Shown: positions 55,800 to 63,961 of the stretch, one piece after another | Numbering within the stretch: position 1 is the stretch's first letter | Layout: each line of letters begins with the position of its first letter | Virus record (IMG/VR): IMGVR_UViG_3300049846_001482 | From: an uncultured virus (IMG/VR IMGVR_UViG_3300049846_001482) | Lineage: Duplodnaviria > Heunggongvirae > Uroviricota > Caudoviricetes | Length of the DNA: 64,000 nt | Strand: one strand, 5' to 3' | The notes under the pieces: model-generated | The model's input: only the letters and a program-made list of their open reading frames with translations | The model's database searches: none | Told to the model about the DNA's origin: nothing | Translations under genes and position numbers: made by a program

Positions 55800-56028
55800 T
55801 GAAAACCGTCTCCCCAGTCTTGGGATGCTTGTCAAACGAGATCTTCTTCTGTCGCTTCAATAGATTGATGAAGACAAAGACCTCTATCATGTCTTTGCTA
55901 AAGCCAAAGTCGGCATTGAGACCTTTCGTTATCTGCACAGTCGAAAGACCAGGATGCTCCCTGATGTAAGTCAGGACGAGATCCTGGTCAAACGATGGTT
56001 TGCGTGATAAGAAAGTCCTACGTCGCAT
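55786..56028 (-). CDS. tag-B protein, winged-helix-like
   Basis: MRRRTFLSRK; VLTYIREHPGLSTVQI. Confidence 0.65.
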   Translation of the reverse strand: MRRRTFLSRKPSFDQDLVLTYIREHPGLSTVQITKGLNADFGFSKDMIEVFVFINLLKRQKKISFDKHPKTGETVFNAKK

Positions 56029-56246
56029 TACTTCTTAGCGGAAGGCTTTTCTTTGCTAGGAGCAGCAATAAACTTCTCTATGGATTCCAGACCATCGGCA
56101 GCGGTTTTCAGAAGCACCAGCCGCCCACTCTTGTATCTATTGCTAACGTGACCCTTGATCTTCTCAATAGATGCATTTATTCTTTCTAGGCTCTGGTTCA
56201 TTTCGATATCTTTCTCTTGTTTTTTTACCACGATCAGTCCCTCCAT
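56028..56246 (-). CDS. hypothetical protein
   Basis: Coupled ORF. Confidence 0.5.
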   Translation of the reverse strand: MEGLIVVKKQEKDIEMNQSLERINASIEKIKGHVSNRYKSGRLVLLKTAADGLESIEKFIAAPSKEKPSAKK

Positions 56247-56494
56247 CCATATAGGTTAGCTAGAAATTCCTGAACCTTCCGATGTTCCGCTTCCGTCTTG
56301 GTGATCCATTCCCACTGCTCTCTTGTTATTTCAGCCTTCTTGTAAGATGGTATCTCTGCCAACTTCTCGCTGTGGATGTCTACCGAGAAGTCTGGATAGA
56401 CCTCATCCACGCTTACGAGAATAGAAAGATTGTCTCCACCAAACTCTGTGGGTCTTACCACAACCTTCTCGGATACAAACGCTTCTCGTTTCAT
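56234..56494 (-). CDS. tag-B protein
   Basis: MKREAFVSEK. Confidence 0.65.
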   Translation of the reverse strand: MKREAFVSEKVVVRPTEFGGDNLSILVSVDEVYPDFSVDIHSEKLAEIPSYKKAEITREQWEWITKTEAEHRKVQEFLANLYGWRD

Positions 56495-57207
56495 CGCCAG
56501 TTGGATATCCTGTTCTCTATCTTCTTTTGCTTATCTGCCGGTAGTTTGTCGAGGAAGTCTAGACCCGTCAACTCTTCCAGTTTGTCTATCTTGATCTGCT
56601 CCATCTCTTGGGTCTCGCCACTGTTCTTGCCAACAAAGCAGACGGCATCCGATTTAGCTGGATCATAGATGACCTTATACCACATGTCTGGGATTGCCAC
56701 TTTCCTGCCGATGAACTTGGTTGGACGGTCAGTGAAGAAGACCCCTGTGTAGATGACTAGATGGTTCCTTCTTTTAGCCCAACGTCTGACATCTGACTCA
56801 AGATGCTCCCATGCCCCACGGTTGAAGGCTGCAGCCTGAGGAGCGCAATTGGCAAAAGAGAAGGTCCACTGCATTGCCTGAGAGCTTCGCACCATATCGG
56901 CAGAAGGAACAAGGTGTCCCTTGTCGTAGGAAGTTCTCTTGTAGTCTTTATTGTTAGCGATGTAAGTAGATGGAATGGAGGTGGGATTCCGCCACTTCCC
57001 GTTTCGTTTACGCTTGGGCTTGAGATCAGCGGCAGTCAACTCATAGGCCGCCCAGTTTGGAATCTTGGTGTCATAGTTGAATGACACAACATAGAACTCG
57101 TTTGGATACAAGTTCTCTAACGAAGGCAGACCGTAGTCCTGCACTGCGGCGAGAAGTGGTTGCACAAAAAGAAACGCAACCAGTGATGTCATCCATAGGC
57201 GTTTCAT
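56491..57207 (-). CDS. DNA/RNA non-specific endonuclease (NucA/EndA type), exported
   Basis: IPNWAAY, YDKGHLVPSAD, NCAPQAAAFNRGAW, VAIPD; signal peptide. Confidence 0.92.
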   Translation of the reverse strand: MKRLWMTSLVAFLFVQPLLAAVQDYGLPSLENLYPNEFYVVSFNYDTKIPNWAAYELTAADLKPKRKRNGKWRNPTSIPSTYIANNKDYKRTSYDKGHLVPSADMVRSSQAMQWTFSFANCAPQAAAFNRGAWEHLESDVRRWAKRRNHLVIYTGVFFTDRPTKFIGRKVAIPDMWYKVIYDPAKSDAVCFVGKNSGETQEMEQIKIDKLEELTGLDFLDKLPADKQKKIENRISNWR

Positions 57208-57216
57208 CTTGCGATA

Positions 57217-57245
57217 ACTATAGGTTGTTAGAGGGAAATTGTCAA
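57217..57245 (-). promoter_or_regulatory. sigma70-like promoter
   Basis: TTGACA-17-TATAGT. Confidence 0.7.
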
Positions 57246-57505
57246 GTTAAATCGGTGAGGGGTTTGTATTGATAGTGTTGCTTTAGGTGGGAAATGCTGA
57301 GTTCGAAGATGCCTGATCCGCCTGCCAAAGTCCAATCGGCGTTGTTTTGGGTCTGCTTTACCCAGGGGATGCAGTTGTAAGTATTATTTCCTATGTATGA
57401 CATTATGATGACGGCTTCGTGTGGGTATGCTTTTTTGACCCACAATTGATTGGGGAGGATATGTATCTCTTTCTTGTCATCGGCTACGAAGTTGTATCGG
57501 TTCAT
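57242..57505 (-). CDS. tag-B protein
   Basis: MNRYNFVADD. Confidence 0.65.
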   Translation of the reverse strand: MNRYNFVADDKKEIHILPNQLWVKKAYPHEAVIIMSYIGNNTYNCIPWVKQTQNNADWTLAGGSGIFELSISHLKQHYQYKPLTDLT

Positions 57506-57735
57506 GTTTGTTTTTTGTAGAAGCTCAAAATGTAAGATTCGAGTAAGTCTTTTGTTCCATTGTCGTGAACCTTAAAGTTGCCCTTCATTGTTTCGTGAAC
57601 GCTCCACGATTGAGTCTTCTTCTCAAGGATGGTGATGTAAGACCCATTAACCTTATTAACCCATTTCTCTCCAACATTGATCTTGGATTCGACAAAGGGC
57701 TGTCTTTGCTTAGTGATAAAATCGTGCCTTCTCAT
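57502..57735 (-). CDS. tag-B protein
   Basis: MRRHDFITKQ. Confidence 0.65.
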   Translation of the reverse strand: MRRHDFITKQRQPFVESKINVGEKWVNKVNGSYITILEKKTQSWSVHETMKGNFKVHDNGTKDLLESYILSFYKKQT

Positions 57736-57779
57736 ATGACCCCAAAAGACATACCCCCAGATTTCTCTGAGGGTAGTGT

Positions 57780-58586
57780 TTATTCCTCGCCTTCCTCTTC
57801 CTCTGGCTTCCTGAGCTTCTTCTGCATTCTCTTGTTAGCCATCATGATCTTCTTGTAGTAGCTCAGCACATGGCTGGCTTCTAGGTCGTTGAGTGTGTCC
57901 ACTTCTTTCATTTCGTTGGACAACTCATTCTTCTTTCCCTCTTCAAAGGCAGCTTTGTTCTTGACTCTTTCACTGGCTTTGCCTTGGTCAATCATGAAGT
58001 CATAGATGCGGGAAAGGATTCCCTTGATCTCACTTCTCTTACCAGCAGAGGCAGGGGCAACATAGCTCTCATCGCCCGTATATCCGTAGTCCTCAGCAAA
58101 AGCGGGAGCAAGAATACGGACCTCTTCTACTGGGAGGAACAACTCTTTGTCAAAGACTTCATCGGACCTGACGCCTTGATTCTCTGTCTGATCAGCCAAT
58201 TCACCTGTCTCACTGGTCTCCTCAACAACTTCTTCTGGAAGACCCTCAAAGGCTTCGGCTAGTTCTTCTGCTTGTGTCTTTCCACCGTCTGGGATGGTCG
58301 GCTCAAACATGGTCTCTTCTGCTGGGGCGGCAGGAGCATGCTTCTTCTTTAGGAACTCTTGATGACGGTTACGGATGAGGTCAATTCTTTTATCACGCTT
58401 GTTTCTCTTGCGCTGCACCTCGTCCATGAGCACAGGCGCTTCCTCGTCTTCTGACTCTTCCTCCTCTTCATCAAACAAAGCCTCTTCGCCACGGCTTGAT
58501 GGAGAGTGGAAAGTATCACTACTTAGGAAGCCCTCTTCCTCTTCGAGTTCATCTAGTCTCTTTTTTCTGAGCGCCTTTTTGTCCAT
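57780..58586 (-). CDS. acidic low-complexity hypothetical protein
   Basis: Glu-rich, with alternating acidic and basic tracts. Confidence 0.7.
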   Translation of the reverse strand: MDKKALRKKRLDELEEEEGFLSSDTFHSPSSRGEEALFDEEEEESEDEEAPVLMDEVQRKRNKRDKRIDLIRNRHQEFLKKKHAPAAPAEETMFEPTIPDGGKTQAEELAEAFEGLPEEVVEETSETGELADQTENQGVRSDEVFDKELFLPVEEVRILAPAFAEDYGYTGDESYVAPASAGKRSEIKGILSRIYDFMIDQGKASERVKNKAAFEEGKKNELSNEMKEVDTLNDLEASHVLSYYKKIMMANKRMQKKLRKPEEEEGEE

Positions 58587-58717
58587 TGTTTTGCCCCAAT
58601 TCTATTTTATCCAAGATCTCTTGGAATTCGGATTTTTTCTTAGTTTTAGCTTTTGCCACCTTACCCAAGGGAGTGATAGGGGGTATGAGGTGGGGTGTCG
58701 GATCTACTCTCATAAGC

Positions 58718-58736
58718 TATTACAAAAATATAAAAG
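58718..58736 (-). promoter_or_regulatory. putative phage (late) promoter motif
   Basis: CTTTTATA-TTTTT-GTAATA 4 nt before ATG 58713 (54-aa ORF 58549..58713). Confidence 0.65.
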
Positions 58737-58767
58737 AGGGCTACCTTTTGGGGGTAGCCCTCTCTTG
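58732..58767 (-). terminator. intrinsic terminator overlapping the promoter motif
   Basis: AGAGGGCTACC/GGTAGCCCTCT stem. Confidence 0.7.
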
Positions 58768-58886
58768 GGGGTTGATAGAAGCCATGGTAGGGACGACCAC
58801 TATCAGAGTGTATTTTATGGCGGAAATGCCTTAAACCCTACCCTCCCAGTTCCCTTCCGCAATCTATCATATCAAATTTAATTTAG

Positions 58887-59138
58887 CTATAGATGTAGGT
58901 TGGATTCTTTTATCCAAAGATATCCCATAGTATCATTAACAATTGTGACCATCCACCAAAGACCATCGCTACGTAATTCGGACTTTTCTAACCTCACCGT
59001 TGTATTCTTTTCGCTTTCTGAGTTTACTGAGTCTCCGTTTTGAAATAAGATCCTACTGACATCGGCACCAATCTCCATGCCGATTTGAGGAGATATCTTC
59101 TTCCTCTTGTCACCAGCGGCAAACCTGTTGCGCTTCAT
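58887..59138 (-). CDS. tag-B protein
   Basis: MKRNRFAAGD. Confidence 0.65.
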   Translation of the reverse strand: MKRNRFAAGDKRKKISPQIGMEIGADVSRILFQNGDSVNSESEKNTTVRLEKSELRSDGLWWMVTIVNDTMGYLWIKESNLHL

Positions 59139-59425
59139 GGAACAAAGCTTAAATCTTCGGCTTTAAACCAAACTGTCTTAGAGGGTCCGGTAAGTTCTTG
59201 CATAGTGACCTTGTAGGTATTTTTACTGGGATTGTAAGCAGAGGCTATACCATGATTGCTATAGGTACAGTAGCTGCCTCCAGAATAGTGTCTTTGAGGA
59301 GATTTTGAATTCATATCCTCTGGCTTCAACATTCGACACATGGCTTCGAGGGACACGAAGCACTTTTTCCACATTGGCTGTATTCTTAGTTTTTTTGTCG
59401 TGTCCGAAAACGCCACCCTATCCAT
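59135..59425 (-). CDS. tag-B protein
   Basis: MDRVAFSDTT. Confidence 0.6.
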   Translation of the reverse strand: MDRVAFSDTTKKLRIQPMWKKCFVSLEAMCRMLKPEDMNSKSPQRHYSGGSYCTYSNHGIASAYNPSKNTYKVTMQELTGPSKTVWFKAEDLSFVP

Positions 59426-59696
59426 GACGCCTCCTATACTTGATCACAAGATAGATGTGAACAAAAAAGTAGCCGACATTGACCACGTTCTGCCAAAACA
59501 TGGCACTGGGACCACCACTCATCTTCAAATGAGTCGCATAGGTCAGCAGACAACACATTCCAGTGAAGGTAAAGAAGACGGCTGGAATGGAAAAGTCCTC
59601 TGCAGACTTGCGGCGGTAGATCCTGAGGTTGGTGAAGGTCATACTGATCACAAAGATAGTCTGACCAGTATAGAGGATGGCATCGAAAATGTTCAT
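59418..59696 (-). CDS. SemiSWEET/PQ-loop-like three-TM protein
   Basis: RIYRRKSAEDFS followed by TM helices; canonical PQ absent. Confidence 0.6.
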   Translation of the reverse strand: MNIFDAILYTGQTIFVISMTFTNLRIYRRKSAEDFSIPAVFFTFTGMCCLLTYATHLKMSGGPSAMFWQNVVNVGYFFVHIYLVIKYRRRHG

Positions 59697-60080
59697 CTAA
59701 GCCCTAAAGGGTGGCATTGAGAGATTCTTTATAGACTCGTAGCCATCGTACTCATCAATGTCAAAGCATGTACCTGGAGAGACCCACTCAACAGTCAATC
59801 CCTCCCAACCACCAGCAAAAGGAGTCTTGTCACCGAAAAGTTCCTTGAGGATGGCTTTTACGCCAGCCTCTCCGTCAGGCTTTCCATCCAAAACCCATCT
59901 TACGAGCTTGGGATGAAATGCCATGATCTCCTTCTGGTCATCGGTTGCCCAAGAGGTCCAACCAGCACCATAGCCAGGTGAGTAAAGCACAGCAATCCTA
60001 TCTTCAACCACATAGCGTGATACAGATGGGAAGGTTACTTCCTCTCCTTTCTTACCTGATGCAAAGTCGTTGCGATTCAT
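59697..60080 (-). CDS. tag-B phage protein
   Basis: MNRNDFASGK; AVLYSPGYGAGWTSW...IDEYDGYES. Confidence 0.7.
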   Translation of the reverse strand: MNRNDFASGKKGEEVTFPSVSRYVVEDRIAVLYSPGYGAGWTSWATDDQKEIMAFHPKLVRWVLDGKPDGEAGVKAILKELFGDKTPFAGGWEGLTVEWVSPGTCFDIDEYDGYESIKNLSMPPFRA

Positions 60081-60283
60081 TTCTTTGGAAGGTAATTGTC
60101 CATCTTCTTGATGAAGTCATCAGAGATGAGGGTCTGACCAGCAGCAGCATGGCCAGGACCGACCATCTTCTGTCCAGTCAACTTGCTCTTGGAAGCCTCA
60201 GCTTCGGCCTTCGCCTTGACTTCTGCCTCAGCGACCTTCTCTGGGTCTTCCTTCTTGCCTGATGCGAAATCGTTGCGGTTCAT
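60077..60283 (-). CDS. tag-B protein
   Basis: MNRNDFASGK. Confidence 0.65.
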   Translation of the reverse strand: MNRNDFASGKKEDPEKVAEAEVKAKAEAEASKSKLTGQKMVGPGHAAAGQTLISDDFIKKMDNYLPKK

Positions 60284-60452
60284 TTCTTCCTCCGTTGGTT
60301 TGGTTTCCGTCCACCATGCTTGAGACCCACGGCATAGGCCATCATCACAAACATAATGAGATCAAAGCCGTTTATCCCGTGGCCGAGCGCAATGAACTTT
60401 CTGGCAGGAGCCAGCGCTTCATCCAGTTCTTTCTGACGCTTCTTGGAAAGCA

Positions 60453-61040
60453 TTACGGCTCTCGCAGCTTAACGATCTCGTCGATGAGACCGTATTCCTT
60501 GGCCTCTTCGGTGGTCATCCAGTAGTCACGCTCACAGTCCTTGTTGACCTGCTTGGCGGTCTTGCCGGTGTAGATGGCCATCTTGGCTTCGAGCAGGTCA
60601 CGCAGGCGCTGGATCTCCTTGGCCTGGATCTGGATGTCGGTTGACTGTCCACCACCGCCACCCGAAGGCTGGTGGATCATGATGCGGGCATTGGGGAGAG
60701 CCCTGCGCTTGCCCTTGCTGCCAGCCGAGAGCAGGAAGGCTCCCATTGAGGCGGCTTGACCCAGGCAGATGGTGGAGACGGGGCACTTGATGTATCGCAT
60801 GGTATCGTGGATAGCCATGCCAGCCGAGATGCTGCCGCCGGGGCTGTTGATGTAGAAGAAGATGTCCTTCTCAGCGTCTTCGCTCTCAAGGAAGAGCATC
60901 TGAGCCACGATGGCATTGGCCACGTAGTCGTCCACGGGAGTTCCCAAGAAGACGATGCGATCCTTGAGCAAGCGAGAGTAGATGTCGTATCCACGCTCAC
61001 CAAACGGGGTCTTCTCCACGACCATAGGGATGAGTGACAT
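60453..61040 (-). CDS. clpP: ATP-dependent Clp protease proteolytic subunit
   Basis: [47 protein letters not shown]. Confidence 0.97.
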   Translation of the reverse strand: MSLIPMVVEKTPFGERGYDIYSRLLKDRIVFLGTPVDDYVANAIVAQMLFLESEDAEKDIFFYINSPGGSISAGMAIHDTMRYIKCPVSTICLGQAASMGAFLLSAGSKGKRRALPNARIMIHQPSGGGGGQSTDIQIQAKEIQRLRDLLEAKMAIYTGKTAKQVNKDCERDYWMTTEEAKEYGLIDEIVKLREP

Positions 61041-61050
61041 GGCTTTCCTT

Positions 61051-61713
61051 TCAGACGTAGGGTTGTTGGAAGATTTCCAGTGTTACCGTATTGATGCCTG
61101 TTAGAACCTTTGATGCCGAGCTGTCGATACAGAGAGCATATTGCTTTCCGTCGTATTCCAACCAGCGAAGACCCCAGTTGGAGTTGTGTCCAAACACTTG
61201 CAGCTTTTCCTTCATGTCAATTGGATAGCCCCTGTTCCATATGAGGCTTGATCCATTAGCCAACTCCATGCTCTTCAAGCCCTCTAGCGAATAGAAGCCG
61301 CTGACAGGGGCATGGCTAAAGAAGAAGGCTTCGTGTTCAAGATAGGTTGGAAGAGACTCCATCCACTTTACATGCTCTTCAGGAACCCACTGGAACAACT
61401 CGCCTCTCTTGGTGGGAGTCCAGACATCGGCTGTCTCTGGCACCCCGTAAGACTCAAGTGTTGCATCACCGCCGTTCATGAACCAGATGCCGTCTTCATA
61501 CTGATGTGAGCCACGCATGAAATCAATCATCATGTGTTCGTGGTTGCCCATCAGGACTTTAGCGTTCTTCATGGCCCACTCAACAACTTGCTTGGAGTCT
61601 GGTCCACGGTCAATGAGGTCGCCAAGCAGCAATGTCTCTTCGCCCTTTGGCATCTTCTCCAGTAGAGCCAAGAGAGTTTTGTATTGCCCAGCGACATCAC
61701 CTATTACGTTCAA
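61051..61713 (-). CDS. metallophosphoesterase / Ser-Thr protein phosphatase
   Basis: [27 protein letters not shown]. Confidence 0.88.
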   Translation of the reverse strand: MNVIGDVAGQYKTLLALLEKMPKGEETLLLGDLIDRGPDSKQVVEWAMKNAKVLMGNHEHMMIDFMRGSHQYEDGIWFMNGGDATLESYGVPETADVWTPTKRGELFQWVPEEHVKWMESLPTYLEHEAFFFSHAPVSGFYSLEGLKSMELANGSSLIWNRGYPIDMKEKLQVFGHNSNWGLRWLEYDGKQYALCIDSSASKVLTGINTVTLEIFQQPYV

Positions 61714-61914
61714 TCAGTACTCCACCAAGAAATCGCCACGCCATTGGTGTAGGATGTATTTTTTGTCCACTGAAAGAATGTCGATTCCATGTACGGCAGA
61801 GACCCCGTACTTCCATTCTTTCTCCACTCTATTGGGAGTAGCTACTTGTTCGTTTTTCAAATTCTTGAAGGTCTTAACACACTTTCCGCCGCTGTAGCAT
61901 TTAACGGTTGCCAT
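61714..61914 (-). CDS. hypothetical protein
   Basis: Coupled ORF. Confidence 0.5.
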   Translation of the reverse strand: MATVKCYSGGKCVKTFKNLKNEQVATPNRVEKEWKYGVSAVHGIDILSVDKKYILHQWRGDFLVEY

Positions 61915-62170
61915 GTTTTGTCATCCCTTGATACTGGTAGTAGTCTTTCAGCAAAGTTTCATGAGAGATTTGAACAACCTCTTTTCTACCAAGTACATTA
62001 AACGAGGCTTCCCAAATCACAACATTATGGCTTGGCACCAAACGCCTGTCAAGCGAAATGTATAGGCCGCCATCTTTTTTAACCCAGATTTCTCCCACCT
62101 TTGGCTCGAAAAACTCCTCCACTTGCTTGGCTTCTGTGGGGATATTCTGGATGAACTTGTATCTATTCAT
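61901..62170 (-). CDS. tag-B protein
   Basis: MNRYKFIQNI. Confidence 0.65.
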   Translation of the reverse strand: MNRYKFIQNIPTEAKQVEEFFEPKVGEIWVKKDGGLYISLDRRLVPSHNVVIWEASFNVLGRKEVVQISHETLLKDYYQYQGMTKHGNR

Positions 62171-62538
62171 GTGCCTTCTAACCAATCATTGTCAATGCTG
62201 GCTCGTGGGAAAGGCATTGGCGGAGCGCCGATGTTTTCTACTCCACCATTCATTCGTTCTTCGGGAGGAATGATGGTGCCAGTATTGCCGTCGATGTTGT
62301 TTCCAATGACCACTGTATTGTATGGTGTGATGCCTTGTTCTGGATTCCTTACCACTATTCCACCATTCACGGTAATGACACCATCGATCAAAATGCGTCC
62401 ATCTGCATAGAGTCTGATTGCCGACTGTCCATTAAGGACAGCCACATGTTCGTTTTCAGTCCCCTCATCGACCCTAGTTACTTTGGGGTCAAAAGGTTTG
62501 ACTCTTGATTTGCCAGATGTGAAATCACTTCGCTTCAT
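62167..62538 (-). CDS. tag-B protein
   Basis: MKRSDFTSGK. Confidence 0.65.
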   Translation of the reverse strand: MKRSDFTSGKSRVKPFDPKVTRVDEGTENEHVAVLNGQSAIRLYADGRILIDGVITVNGGIVVRNPEQGITPYNTVVIGNNIDGNTGTIIPPEERMNGGVENIGAPPMPFPRASIDNDWLEGT

Positions 62539-62864
62539 TTTTGCGTCTCAACCTTTACGTGTTTCACGATAGGTCTGTTGGTTTTCTTGTTCAACCATTT
62601 AGTGCCGACCTGAATCCAACCATCTTCACTGGAATACTCAACCGTCTTACCCTTCGGTCCACCTGTTCGATACCTCATTCTTCCACGACCCAAGATGCGA
62701 ACTTTGGTGAATGAGACTTCTCTTTCAATCACACCTACAGGCCATTTTGCAAAAAACTTGTATTTCTTGATCTTCTCGCCACCAGTTTCAAGAGAAACAT
62801 AGTAGGGAGCATAGATCACTAGATGATTCTTTGGGAGGTCTCTCAAAAAGTCATACCTATTCAT
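62535..62864 (-). CDS. tag-B protein
   Basis: MNRYDFLRDL. Confidence 0.7.
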   Translation of the reverse strand: MNRYDFLRDLPKNHLVIYAPYYVSLETGGEKIKKYKFFAKWPVGVIEREVSFTKVRILGRGRMRYRTGGPKGKTVEYSSEDGWIQVGTKWLNKKTNRPIVKHVKVETQK

Positions 62865-62870
62865 GGTTAA

Positions 62871-62899
62871 ACTATAGGATTTCGGACATGCAAAGTCAA
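62871..62899 (-). promoter_or_regulatory. sigma70-like promoter
   Basis: TTGACT-17-TATAGT just upstream of a tag-B gene. Confidence 0.65.
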
Positions 62900-62902
62900 G
62901 TT

Positions 62903-62921
62903 ATTTTATAAGAAAGTATTA
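62903..62921 (+). promoter_or_regulatory. putative phage (late) promoter motif
   Basis: ATTTTATA-AGAAA-GTATTA upstream of phoH. Confidence 0.55.
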
Positions 62922-62956
62922 CTATAGAGCCTGGATCGACATAAAGGAGACTTTCT

Positions 62957-63961
62957 ATGTCCAAGACCTCAAGGCGTAAGTTGACCTTTGACACTAAAGA
63001 CGAAATCACTTTGCTCTTCACAGAAAACAAAGAACACCCAATCTTCGCAGAGATACAAAACAAATTCCATGTAGAACTCAAGTTAAACGCCGTAGGTGTC
63101 CTAGTAGCCAAAGGCGACAAAGAGAACACGCTTGAACTAGAGAACCGCTTCAAACGTCTCGTATCCTCCACTAAACCACCTCTTACCCTAGAGCACATGC
63201 AGTCTGTGCTTGATGACACCGCCCTCGCCGCAACACCAGAAGTCCCCGAACCCGAATGGTCCACCATTGAGTTCAAAAACTACCACGGCAAAATCTCACG
63301 CATCTCGCCCAAGAATGAACACCAGAAGGAGTTCATGGAGCAGATCATTGAGAAGAAGGTTGTCTTTGGCAGTGGAGCAAGCGGCACGGGCAAGACTATG
63401 ATAGCTGTAGTTGTCGCTTTGAAGATGCTTGAAATAGGCAAGATCAAGAAGTTGTTCATAACTCGTCCATACTTGCCGTCAGAAAACTTTGGCTTCCTAC
63501 CAGGTGACATCGATGAAAAGATGTTGCCTTTCTTTTTGCCAATCTACAACATCATTGATGCTTTGATAGGTAGAGAGCGCAGGGAGATGTATCAGAAGAC
63601 TAACAAGATTGAGATTCTACCGGCCGCTTTCGCCAGAGGCATCACCATTGGTGGCTTCCAGCCAGAGATGTGCATTGTCGATGAGTCCGAGAACCTGACC
63701 CACAAGCAGATGTTCTTGATGTTGAGCAGAATCGGCTCTCATCCAAACTCTAAGATCATCTTCTGTGGTGACTCCTACCAGACGGACCTTGGACCAAGGG
63801 ATGCAGATTCTCTAAAGAGGGTTGAGATGATATTGAGGGGTTCTCCCTATGTCGGCTTTACAACCTTCACTAGAGAGGATGTGGTTAGGAGCGTTGAGGT
63901 TCAGGATATGGTAGAGAGGTTTGAAAAGTATGAGGCAGAGCAGAAGAACAAGAAGAGCTAA
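62957..63961 (+). CDS. phoH: PhoH family ATPase
   Basis: GASGTGKT, ITRP, GFLPGDIDEKM, ARG, IVDESEN, LSRIG, GDSYQTDL, DVVRS. Confidence 0.92.
   Translation: MSKTSRRKLTFDTKDEITLLFTENKEHPIFAEIQNKFHVELKLNAVGVLVAKGDKENTLELENRFKRLVSSTKPPLTLEHMQSVLDDTALAATPEVPEPEWSTIEFKNYHGKISRISPKNEHQKEFMEQIIEKKVVFGSGASGTGKTMIAVVVALKMLEIGKIKKLFITRPYLPSENFGFLPGDIDEKMLPFFLPIYNIIDALIGRERREMYQKTNKIEILPAAFARGITIGGFQPEMCIVDESENLTHKQMFLMLSRIGSHPNSKIIFCGDSYQTDLGPRDADSLKRVEMILRGSPYVGFTTFTREDVVRSVEVQDMVERFEKYEAEQKNKKS

Noticed and set aside
7738..62864. Tag B as a genuine Tat or Sec export signal
   Set aside because: There is no twin Arg in almost all copies, no hydrophobic h-region and no AxA cleavage site.
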